Assembly: GCA_002189035.1 (NCBI GenBank)
Contig: NEEC01000014.1
Span: forward strand, 2,666,001 to 2,730,000
Direction: 5' to 3'
Length of the DNA stretch: 64,000 bases
Origin: Utricularia gibba
Taxonomy: Eukaryota; Plantae; Magnoliophyta
The notes beneath the pieces are model-generated. The model made no database searches. It was not told the DNA's origin and saw nothing but the letters and a program-made list of their open reading frames with translations. Position numbers and translations under genes: made by a program. Of this stretch, positions 14,719 through 25,905 are shown piece by piece (positions within the stretch are counted from its first letter, which is position 1; each line of letters opens with the position of its first letter).

Positions 14719-15827
14719 TGTTGGAAAATGCTGCATTGTTTAAGAAAATCAATTCTTGGGAATGAGATTCTTTTTTCTCCTTACCTCAGCTTTCACTAAT
14801 TTTTTCTGAATAACTAGTTATAGGAGCAAAAAACAGTCTACTCACTTTTATACTCTGATTGACAAGGAGACACGAGAATAGTCTCATATGATTCCCTGTT
14901 GGACGATTGAGAGGATAAGAGGATTGATGTCGATTAACCTCAAAACCAAATTCTACGCGTGTACCCAACTATTGCCAATGGTCAATCGCGGGTACGAGGT
15001 CACTACCCGTCCACTATCGCGATACCTCAATCACAAATATTCACTATCTCCCTCGAGCCAATAGGGTTGGAGATGGTGCTCTTCACCATAATCTTCATCA
15101 AAATCCGTAAGGAGTGGCCTACTACTCATGAACCGTGATTAGGAGACATTATAAAAAGACTACAACATGATACGCGGAAATATGCAAAGTTCGGAAAAAA
15201 TTCAGTAAAGAACCGAGATTGATGCTCAAAAAGAAGAATGAAACTTTATTTATTACCAGAAACTAGAAAAGTTTAAGCACAAATGACCTTGAAAATAACA
15301 AAATAGAAAGCTAAAATGTTCTTTCTCCCTTAGTGGAGAGGAAGAACCAAAAGTTCTAAGTGCAAAAAAAAATGCAAAAAAGGTTTGAAAACAAGTATTC
15401 CAAGTTCCTTTTCATTCACTCTCACATGCATTAACTTCCTCTACTCTCTTTTCATCATTCTTTCTGTCTCGCGTGCATAGCCAGCTTTCCCATACGTGAA
15501 AGTAAATGTCCAATCATTACTGCAGACTTTGACATATCGTAAGTTAGGAGCCCTAGCTAGTGTAAGTTTTCCACCCACAATTGATCTACTTCATGTACAA
15601 GTCATAAAACGTTAGTATCTACTCTCCTACAATTCTTTTGTAACATTCCAAGATTACCTCTTGGCACATTTTGGTCAAAGGGCATGAAAAACACAATAAA
15701 AATATATACAAAATACAAAGTTAGGATTTTTTTTAAGAAAATAGAATACTTATTAATATACCTGTTAATTTGGGTAACTTAATCTTAATTTAACACATAA
15801 TAAACACTTCAAAAATGATAATTAACA
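14719..15827 (-). mobile_element. LTR family B copy (Athila-like), boundaries uncertain
   Basis: Termini TGTTGG...TTAACA; blocks shared with 5330-5800 (ttcttggga, ttgccaatg, gtcacta, aaaagacta). No convincing TSD. Confidence 0.45.
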
Positions 15828-16521
15828 GTTTTCTACTACAAAAGATAATGTAAGGGCACGTTTGATAGCGGTTCTGAATTAATAGGGGTTAGAATTATTA
15901 AGGTTTAAAATTTAGTTTAAATTTATCTCGATTTAGATAAAAACAAGTTTGGTAGTAGTGTTTATTTAAACCCAGGTTTTATGGGTGGGTTGAATTTAAA
16001 CCCATAAAACCAGGAAAATTGGTGTTTAATTTAAATCTTGTGTTAAACTAATCCCTTCTACCAATTAAGGGTCTGTTTGGTGTAGCTTCAGCTTCAAAAA
16101 AATCACTTTTAGAAGTGATTCCTGGACAAAACACATGCTACTTCTGCTCTACCTGGAATTGGAGTAGTGAACCACTCCACTTTTTTTGAGAAGCTGAGGG
16201 ACCCGTGCTTCAATAAAAATTGAAGTACTTCTCAAATATATATACGTATTTTACCCTTACTTCATTTTAAAATTTCAATAAATTACCCCTCTACTCCATC
16301 TAGGGTTAAAGACGTTGCTTCAAAATTACAACTATTCCCACTCGAACGCAGCGTGAAAAGTAGGTGCGATTCCTCCAAATTTGGTCTCTATCTTTAGATC
16401 TCATTCGAATGAAATAGATCTTCTACAGTTTTCGTTGTTTCATTTGCTTCATTTGCCTACATCTTCTTTAGTTTTTGTTGCATTTTTTATCCTTCATTAT
16501 TTCACCATTTTTTGTAGATAT

Positions 16522-17517
16522 ATGGAAGGACGAGATAGCTCACAAGCGAGATGGGTTGATCCTAACCTGATAGAGACCTTTATTCAAGTTTGTACGGTAG
16601 AGGTTCATGTTGGAAATAGACCGAACAGCCACTTCAACTGATTGGGATGGGAGAATGTGGTTAGAAATTTTAATTCTTTGACAGGTAAGAATCATTCTTG
16701 AGCTCAATTGAAAAACAAATGGGATAAGATGAAAAAAGCTTGGGATGTATGGGTTAAATTGACGAAGCAAACTGGAATTGGATTTAATCCTAATGGTGTT
16801 GTAGATATGCCTGATTCTTAGTGGAGTGACTACTTAAAGATACATTATACTTGTTTCAAAATTCTATTTTTTATAATAAAAATGCTTGTTTTTTTATGTT
16901 TCTACAATGTTTCATCGTAAGTAATATTATATACTTGTAGGATAACAAAGCTGCACGTTATTATAAGAATGCAACACCAATTTTGCTAGAAGAGCAAGAG
17001 GTAATGTTTAGTGATATCTTAGTCACAGGAGAATTAGTGCATTATTCGAAAGGTGGACAACACTCATCGCCTTCTTTTGAAGATGCAAATGACATTCAAG
17101 ATAATATTGAAGTCTATGAACTCTCCATATGGTTGTGCTTCCACTCAACAGGGTAGTCAATCTAGCATACAAACACCGGCACGAAAAGCACTAGCAAGCA
17201 CAAGAAAGCGTGCTAGGACAAATGATAGCAACATAATTGCTCAGGCATTGGAAAAGGTGGCAGAAGCTGTTGGACCTTCATGGGAGCAGTGTCTTGTAGA
17301 TCATGAGAAGGCCGAAATAAAAACCTGTTTGGACTTTTTGGACAATTACAGTGGCATAGCATTTGGTGATGAGACATGTGTACATGCCATGGCGATGTTT
17401 GCATCAGAAACCAAATACAATCTTTGGTTATTGGCAAAATTTGATGATGCAAAAGTAGCTTATCTCAAATATGATTATCAAATTCATTGCCACAAAATGG
17501 GGAAGAATGTCCCATAA
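16522..17517 (+). pseudogene. Harbinger ORF1, Myb/SANT-like DNA-binding protein, disrupted
   Basis: MEGRDSSQARW...GNRPNSHFN*LGWENV...HS*AQLKNKWDKMKKAW...QTGIGF...DS*WSDYLK. Stops at 16639, 16699 and 16819; intron donor reads AT at 16840; second exon from 16941. Confidence 0.85.
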
Positions 17518-17889
17518 AGTTGGTATTATTTGCAAAATTAGATTATCTTGATGTTGTCTATTTCATTTAGATTTGAGGTTGTTGTGTTGAAGACAAAATA
17601 ATGAGTTGGACGTTATCATATTTTCTGAATTTTTGTTATTCTGCTTTAGCATATAAATCTATTGAGTTACAGTTTAAAAAACAAGTGAATCTAATATATG
17701 TCTATATCAAAATTTAATGATTTATTTTTATGTGAATAATATACAACATATATTTCATTCTCAAATAAATCACATAAATTGGAATTTTTTTAATATTAAT
17801 TTTGTTTTATTAATATGTTTTACAATAAAAAAACAACGTTCAACATAAACTTTGATTTATGTATTTAAATTCATGTATTGAATTATTTT

Positions 17890-18675
17890 ATATTAACGCT
17901 ACCTACGAAATAAGTAATTTGGTAGGAATCCAATACACAAATGTGTTGGATTCTTACCACATTACTTATTTCGTAGGTGCCATTAATGTGGGATACACAC
18001 AGGCGTGGTTTATGCATAACGTATGTCCGTGTGTTGAATTTCTACCAAATTACTTATTTCATAGGTAGCATTAATACAGGATAAACATGGGTACAGGTGG
18101 GTTCGGTTCGAACCGGAATCGCGATTCATACCGAAACGTTTGGATATATCCAGTTCCAAGCACCCAAATGAGCAAAGGTAGGTACCTGGAATTTGGTTGC
18201 AGACTCACAAACACCCTCCCGAGGCACCAACATGAGGGAAGTCGGTGTCTGGAAAACTATCTCAAATACCCCTTCCTAGACACCCTCCAGAGGCATCCAC
18301 ATGAGGGAAGTGGGTGCCTGGAAATGGTCTTACCCACTCTTCCCAAACACCCACACGATGCATTGTTTTGTAAGTGTCGTTCAACTCTCTTTCCAGACAC
18401 CCTCCTGAGGCACCCACATGAGGGAAGTGGGTGCTTGGAAAATTATCCCAAATACTCTTTCCCAGACACCCATATAAGATAAGTGGGTGTTAATGTGGGA
18501 TACACATGGGTGTGGTTTATACATAACCCTCGTCCGTGTGTTGGACTTCTATCAAATTACTTATTTCGTAGGTGGTGTTAATATCTAACACTACATGGGT
18601 GTGGTTTATGCGTAACCCACATCCGTGTGTTGGACTCCTTCCAAATTCACGTTCGTGTGCTGGACTTCTTCCAAA
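17890..18675. repeat. Stem-loop repeat array between the convergent Harbinger ORFs (~90-bp and ~69-bp units)
   Basis: The ~90-bp unit atgtgggatacac...gtccgtgtgttg...aaattacttatttcgtaggt occurs at ~17985, 18490 and partially 18590. The ~69-bp unit acaccctcc...ggcacccacatgagggaagtgggtgcc starts at 18211, 18280 and 18397. Confidence 0.85.
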
Positions 18676-18721
18676 TATATACTAATCACACCGAATTATA
18701 GTTAACTGTCAAATCGAACAT

Positions 18722-20170
18722 TCAAAGATGTCTATCTGCTTCCATTTTCACCCTGATAGAGTCTCTTATGGCATCCATGTCATTGTCCCCTGCACCTTCC
18801 AAATCAATCAATGGATCTTGTGAATCATATTCTTGCATTTCTTCTAAGAAATCTGGGTCATCATTGTTCATAATTCTAATGTAATTGTGCAGTGCTATCG
18901 TCACAATTACAAGCCTAATTTGTATCTTCCAAGCCAATGGAGAAGGGAAGCAAGTCACTAGCTTGAATTTCTTCTTCCAAATTCCAAATGATCTTTCAAT
19001 TGCGCATCTCAAGGATGAATGCTTGAAATTGAATAATTCCTTTCCATTTTTAAGAGATGGATTTCGATGAAAATCTGGAAGATGATATCTCTCCCTCCTG
19101 TATGGGGCCATAAATCCATTCTTATTTACATAACCAGAGTCAATGAGGTAGTAATTTCTTAATATAAAATAAGATCAATGAATAATGATGAGTAACACAT
19201 TTGAATTAACACATTAAACAACTATGAGTAATCACCTTGAGATGGCATTTGAAACTTAGAATTTTGATCATTAATGGCAGCACATAACACACGTGAATCA
19301 TGTGCTGCCCCTTCCCAACCAGCAGCCACAAAAGTGAAACATAAATGGAATCGCAAGCAACCAATATGTTTTGTGTTGGTTTCCCCTTCCTTCTGATAAA
19401 TGGAATTTGCTTTTTTGGTGGCAGAATTGCATTAATGTGGGTACCATCTATGGCTCCAATGCAATCCTAAAGTGTAAAAAATCATCCAATAATGATTAGT
19501 CAATAAATTAAGAGAATGGATAGACTAATATATATGATATACAACCTTAAAATAACGTGAGTATCGATCGTTGAATTGGATCTCTAGAGGAGTAACATTG
19601 TGAGGTCGAAATAAACAAATCCAATCTTTAGACATCTTCAAACAAGCTTTGAGAATTGCACGTATTGATCTATGGATTGTCCATGCTACGGTATTATGCA
19701 AAACACAACATTACCATACAAAAGTATATTAGCCAAAAAAAATAGATGATACAAAACTAAAAAACATCATACTTGAATGTTGATACTCTTTTGTAAGATG
19801 ACGTTGATTGTGACCTTGGCCAACATATTGAAGAAAGTGAGCAAGTTGTCTCGAATGGAGACACCCCCAATAGGTTTCAACCCATAAGACTCACTCAATA
19901 ATTCACAAAGGTGATAAAAAACATGAGTTCTCATCCTTAACTTATCATAACACCCTAATTGGATTGCCTTCTAACATCTCCTTCAACAATTCTGTACCTG
20001 TAAACTTCCTATTCTTACATGGAAATTTATGCACCCGATTAGCATAATAACTACCAATCAAAGATACAACACTAACCACCATTTTTGAAACTTCTTTATT
20101 TCTTCTTGAAGATTGATCATCATCCGTGTATGACTTCAAAGCAGACAATGAATACTCCATCTCAAAAGCC
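18722..20170 (-). pseudogene. Harbinger DDE transposase (DDE_Tnp_4-type), multi-exon, frameshifted
   Basis: FTFVAAGWEGAAHDSRVL, YYLIDSGY, APYRRERYHL, FNFKHSSLRCAIERSFGIWK, ALHNYI. A 1-nt deletion near 19345 breaks the CD..CFTFV motif. Confidence 0.9.
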
Positions 20171-21965
20171 ATGGATGTGTATTGTCGTTTGTGAATAAAA
20201 GAAATCAAGAAGATGAAAAACAAGTGTATGTAGTAGTAGGAATAGGTATGAATTTAAGAGAGTAGTTGAAAAAAAATTCATTGGGAGTATATTAGTAATA
20301 TCAATACAAAAAAAACTTGATATGAAGCAAATTACACTAAACACGTTTTGTTTCTATCTGTTTGTAGTTGATGGACTAAACAAAAATTGCTTCAAAAAAA
20401 AAACACTTCTACAGAATCATTTTTTTTTATGTTAATTTTAGAAGCGGTTCCAAACAGGCTCTGAGGATAATATTAAACCCAACCTGGTAAAACTAGCCTA
20501 ACCACCCTACCAAACGTGTGCCCTAAAGGGTGAAGAAAAATATCATGTTCTCAATTATTATCTACTATGGCTTCATTGCTCCTTTTCTTTGTAGTAGTTA
20601 AATTTTGGTGTGCTTCGAACAAATCTAACACATCATTAAAAATGTGGCCTGATTGTAATATCCCACAAAAAAGCTTATTTTTTTGGTGAGAAACTACACA
20701 ATCTAAATCATACCAACACAAAACAACAATAACTAACCAAATTTTTTTGGAATCAATTCAACTTCATTGTTCTCCATTGCACTTGAATTTCTATCTCCTA
20801 AGATAAGGATTTCTAAAGGATCATCTTTTTTCCATTTTGTCAATGCATTCACTAACTTCAATCTCACTTACGATTTTCTTAACATTGTTGCAACATTTCA
20901 TCTGCACACTAACAATTTGTGCATTTTCATAACCATATAAAGCAGCTATTTCATGAAAGTATTGCAAAGAAAAAACATTTAGGATCCATGACATCAATCT
21001 AGGTATCTATACCATCAATGTATTTATGGCTACCAAATCAGTGGATAAGTCTCCCACCATAGTGCAGTACAAAAAATCCTTGAATTCTGCTAGTTAATGC
21101 CGAATTCCTACATTATTACCCATCATCTTGGAAATAAATAGCAACTTCTACCACCAACCATGGAGGCTAGTTATAGCAAAATAGTTTCATTGAGGCTGAA
21201 CGCTATTGGATTGCAGGCTAGAGCATACATGATGACGTACACCATCCAGAAATCAGCAGCATTTGTGGGTAGGATATTGTGAGGGTGAAGAGATTGTTTC
21301 GTGTGGAAGTTTGGGTTTGAATTGGAATTTTTTAGGGTGAAGGATATTTTAGTCACTTCACATTACCTCCTGCAATGAATTCGCAATATGATCTAATTTT
21401 GAAAATATGAAAAAAAAAACATAGTGATTAACGATTGAACTGTTGTAGATTGTGATCAATGTTATAAACCAAGGTTAAAATTGTAATCAATTTTTGAAAT
21501 TAACTCAAGATAATACATTGAATTTAGAAAACTCATATTAGACATAGACCAATGGATTGAGATATGTTTATCTAGATAAGAATTTTTAGATAAAGACCAA
21601 TACAATTAGATAGATATAATTTTATTTATTTTACAAATTGATGGATGTAAATATAAGAGTGTATAAAAAAATTTAAAGATGAACCTTAGCAAGATAATGA
21701 AGAATATTTGAAAAATAATGATGATGTTGGGCAAGTAGATATCTTTGATAACAAAATCATTTTATTTAGATGAATCTCAAGAAGAAAGAGAAGAAGATTG
21801 AAGTTACCCTAAACTCTTAATTGTATTAAGAGTTTATTTATGTAAATAATTGTATTTTCCAACATCATCGTAATATTTTTCAAATAAATAATAATATGCT
21901 TTATTTTAATGTGAATTAATATTAATTACCTTAAATTTTTTAAAAATACAAAATATAAAGAATAC

Positions 21966-22475
21966 TGATAAGGGAAAAATCGGTCAAGGGTAATCGGTTC
22001 CTAAAAGGCTGCCAAAAGAGATCCCGAGGGATAACGCCAAACGACAGATTGACATCTGTCAGAAATCTAACAGGTATGGCCATATGACACAGTCTGAAAA
22101 GCGGCCGAATTACGGCATAACAGGCGGCCGATATGTGAAAAGCGAGATCGTATAGCAGGAGCAGAAAGCAACCGATATTTGCAGACACCAGAATTCGGTC
22201 AGAGTGAGCTCTCCTATAAATAGACGGAATTATGACAAGAAAGAGGTTGGACTCAAAAAGATTTCTTCAAGTTGTATTCTCCTTTTCGCGACCTCCATCT
22301 AGTGAAACTCTTTTCCGGCGAGCTCCGGCAGCTCCGTGGTTTTTCCGCTCTCCGGCGGTTTCCACGTAAAAAATCCTTGCTCACTCTTATTTTAATCGTA
22401 CCAACCGTGAAGAAGGTGACTAAGTGTGGCATTCCCGACCGCGCCTATCACCGGATACCGATTTCACCCATAACA
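21966..22475 (+). mobile_element. 5' LTR (510 bp) of a Tat/Retand Ty3/Gypsy element
   Basis: TGATAAGGG...CATAACA; TATAAATA at 22215-22222; followed by the PBS and by gag ATG at 22515. Confidence 0.9.
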
Positions 22476-22477
22476 TA

Positions 22478-22492
22478 TTTGGCACCCACAGG
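22478..22492 (+). promoter_or_regulatory. Primer-binding site, probably tRNA-Lys type as in Tat elements
   Basis: tttggcacccacagg lies 2 nt after the LTR end and resembles TGGCGCCCACCG. Confidence 0.7.
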
Positions 22493-22514
22493 AATCACTC
22501 GTTAATCACGAGTC

Positions 22515-25500
22515 ATGGTGGAAAATAGCACAGCCACCGACCCGGCTCATGACGGAAGTGCCGACGCACATGACTCCGGCCTTATGATCACTAGCAGGGA
22601 GCAACTGAAGGCCCTGCTAACGGAAATCCTTACCGACCTCCGGGCACCTTCAGGTCTCAACTCCAACGCCCAGGAGAGAACACCTGAAATCGCACCACGA
22701 ACGGGGAAGCAACCTCTTATTCCGGAGTACCCCCAGATACGGAGACTGAATCCGAAACCGAGGAGGAGATGCTGCGGAGAAAGAGGCGCAACCAAGTCGT
22801 GTATGAGCCAGGAACTGATAGGGAAAACATGACTAGCAAAATCTTGGAAGAAAGAGAAGAAGAGGTGAAAAGAGAGTTAGACCAGATCCGCGAAAGGAAA
22901 AGATTTATCGACAAGCGAACGTTGATAGGAAGAAGAGAGGATAGAGGCTTCAGGGACGTTTTCGATCAGAACGTATCCACTGGGAGAGGAGATGTTTTAG
23001 CCGATATTGCTTTGCCCTTGAAGAGTGGAGTTGAGGGAGCAGTTGGAACCACAACACTGCGTTTTGACCCTTTCTCGGACGATTTAGTCGGAGAAGAGCC
23101 CGAGAGAGGATTCAGAGTCCTAGACGGATTACCCACGTATGACGGAAAAGGGGACCCCATATCGCATGTAACCGACTTCGATATGAGGATGTCCACAGTT
23201 CGACATTCAGAGGCCATGAAGTGTAAGCTGTTTGCTTGCTCGCTCCAAAAAGGAGCGAAGACTTGGTTTAAACAGTTAGAACCATGCAGTGTGGCATCTT
23301 TTCGGGAGTTAGTACTGCTCTTCACTACCCGATACGTTGTTAACATTGAAGCTCCACCTTCAAAGGCATCACTATACTCTATTCGTTACGATCACCGAAA
23401 AGAGAGCTTGCGAAGATTCATCGATCGATTCAACTGCTTGGCGCAGGATGTCCAATTGGATTTAAAAGAAAGAGTGGAAATAATGTAGCGGGCCTTAGGA
23501 ACGTCGAAATTGAGACAGAGCCTATCGAAGTCCCCACCAAAGAATCTCGGAGAATTGCTAGGAAAAATCATGAAGTACATTCGAGTGGACGACGACCTCA
23601 GGGCCGAGATGAAAAGCCGCGTGGAGATTCGTCCAGTTCCACAACAGGAGACCCAACTTAACCGGGGGCCCAGGCCGAATAAGCACCGTGAAGTATATCA
23701 GGTCGAACCAACCAGAACAGATGTCTATTGCGAAATACACAAGACCACCGGGCATGATACTGCCCACTGCCGACTGATGAAGAGGATGATCGAGCAATAT
23801 CATGCTGGTGGGGGGATGAACAGCGCGATACGGAACCCTGCATCAATGACGGATCGGAAAAGAGGACGTAACGAGCGAACGGGGAATGAAGGGAACCGAT
23901 ATCCGAAATTCCCTCCGAAATCGGGGATGGCGAACTCGCGAGCCAATAGGGAACCGAATCTTGGAGAAGGACAAGACATACCGGAAAGTTCACGGAGTGC
24001 CCATCAAATGCAAGGTAGTCCCCCCTATATTCGGGAAATCCATATGATATCCGGAGGAACCGAGATGGATGTGTCCGGAAAGGAACGGAAAAGATATTTG
24101 GATGAAGTCAGAAGAGGAGAAGTTTTCGAAATCGGAAATGGTCCGACTGAGAAAGCTGCTTGGGAAAAGGAAGAGATCAGCTTCTCCAACAGAGACGTCC
24201 CGGTTGGCCCAGCCGCGAGAGATGAGCCCTTGGTGGTATCAGGAATATGTGGGAGCACCAAGGTAAGGAGGATTCTTATCGATCAAGGATCCTCGTGCAA
24301 CATCATGAAGAAGGAATTGGCCGAGTTACTGGCGTCATCTAACGAGGGAAATATTCGCCATGTGCGCATGGAGTTGTACGCATTCGACCAGCGGGCCGTG
24401 CAAACTCTCGGGAAAATAACCCTGCCCGTAACATTTGGAGCGGCAGAGCGGAGCCGAACCGAGAGGTTGGAATTCTTAATCCTGGATTCAGAGATCTCGT
24501 ACAACATCATCCTCGGGCGACCCGGCATCAACCAATTCGGTATGTTACCCTCCACTGTGCATTTGAAAATCAAATTCCCAACATCGAAGGGCATTTGCAC
24601 AATGGGTATCGACCAACCCACCGCCCGGTCCTGTTATGTATCTTCTTGTCGGGACCCCTGCGCGAAAAAGTCGAGAGTGATGATGGTAGAAAAGGAACCC
24701 CCTAGACAAGCAATGGAACCAATACGGTACAAGTCGGTGCAACTAATACCAGAAGATGCGCAGAAAGCCACCCGCATCGGTGCCAATCTAGACGCTGGAT
24801 TCGAGAAAAGGTTAGTTGAACTTTTGATGAAGAACACCGATATTTTTGCCTGGACTGCTGCGGATTTTGTAGGCATTGATCGATCCGTCGCCGAACATCA
24901 CATTGATACCTACTCGGGGCAAAACCGGTTCGGCAGAAGCAACGACATTTCTTAGCAGAAAAGTGCCTAATTATCAAAGAAAAAACAAGAGAGCTCTTGG
25001 AAGCTGGTTATGTGAAGGAGATCCAGTACTCCGAATGGGTTGCCAACCCGGTCGTCGTCCCAAAGCCCGGGGGAAAATGGAGGATGTGCATTGACTTCAC
25101 CGACCTCAACGCTTGCATCGAAAGTGACCCTTATCCTTTGCCAAAGATCGACAAGCTAGTGGACTATATCTGCCTATATCGCCCGTTGCAGTCAGCGCAG
25201 TCTTGACAACCATCTCGGCAGATAATCACTTGCTGGTGTATTATGTAAGCAAAGTTTTGTTACCGGCCGAAACCCGCTATACGGTGACAGAAAAATTCAT
25301 CTTGGCTCTGAAGATGGCAGCCACCAAATTGAGGTCATATTTCCAAGATCGGCACATTGTGGTATTCACCAATCAGCCTCTGAAGAACATCCTGTCTCGT
25401 CCAGAGATTTCCGGAAGGGTTGCCAAATGGGCAGTTGAATTAAGTACAATGGATATTGAGTTTAAGTCGAGAACAGCAATCAAAGCCCAACCTCTTGCTG

Positions 25501-25893
25501 ATTTTGTGGTCGAAATGACCAGGCCTATAGACCGTTTCTTGGAAGCCAATGACCGATGGGCTATGTATGTGGATGGCTCAACATACAACGGCGCCGGAGG
25601 AGGAATAGACATTAGGACCCGAGAAGGAGAGCATATTTATATTACGGTGAAATTCTTATTCCCTGCCTCCAACAATGTGGCCGAATATGAAGCCCTGATT
25701 GAGGGAATGAAAATTGCCAAGGAGCAGGGAGTGGCAGAACTTGACGTTTACACCGATTCGCGACTTGTGCAAGGGCAGTTTTCGGGAGAATACGAAACCC
25801 ATGACTCCCTCATGGCTCTTTACCATGTCCAGGTGAAGGAATTGGCTAAAACCTTCAAGGAGTTCACCCTGTCGCACGTAGCACGTAGCACGT
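22515..25893 (+). pseudogene. Tat gag-PR-(deleted RT)-archaeal-type RNaseH, truncated
   Basis: Gag YDGKGDPISH...W; YCEIHKTTGHDTAHC; protease ILIDQGSS; RT start WVANPVVVPKPGGKWRMCIDFTDLN...PKIDKLVD jumps at ~25165 to AVSAVL...VYYVSKVLLPAETRY; aRH YVDGS, NNVAEYEAL, DSRLV. Stop at 23486; frameshifts near 22800 and 24950. Confidence 0.92.
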
Positions 25894-25905
25894 GAAAATG
25901 GGTAG

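Larger units (their letters stand above)
16069..20461. mobile_element. PIF/Harbinger element, 4393 bp, autonomous-type structure but decayed
   Basis: TIRs gggtctgtttgg and ccaaacaggctc; TSD TAA (16066-16068) / TGA (20462-20464); contains convergent Myb/SANT-like and DDE transposase ORFs. Confidence 0.92.
15854..20523. mobile_element. Outer Tourist MITE (~275 bp when rejoined), TAA TSD, split by a PIF/Harbinger insertion
   Basis: taa|gggcacgtttgatagcgg at 15854 and ccctaccaaacgtgtgccc|taa at 20523; internal taaaccc motifs resemble the MITE at 3808. Confidence 0.85.

Noticed and set aside
18087-18482. 131-aa ORF with repeated HPHEGSGCLE; CRISPR-like appearance of the hairpin units
   Set aside because: The ORF follows from the 69-nt repeat period. 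The inter-hairpin sequences are homologous to each other rather than unique spacers, and there are no cas genes in this eukaryotic DNA.
20540-21370. Possible FAR1/MULE remnant on the minus strand (FCGIL..HIF)
   Set aside because: One short degenerate motif; not supportable without a search.
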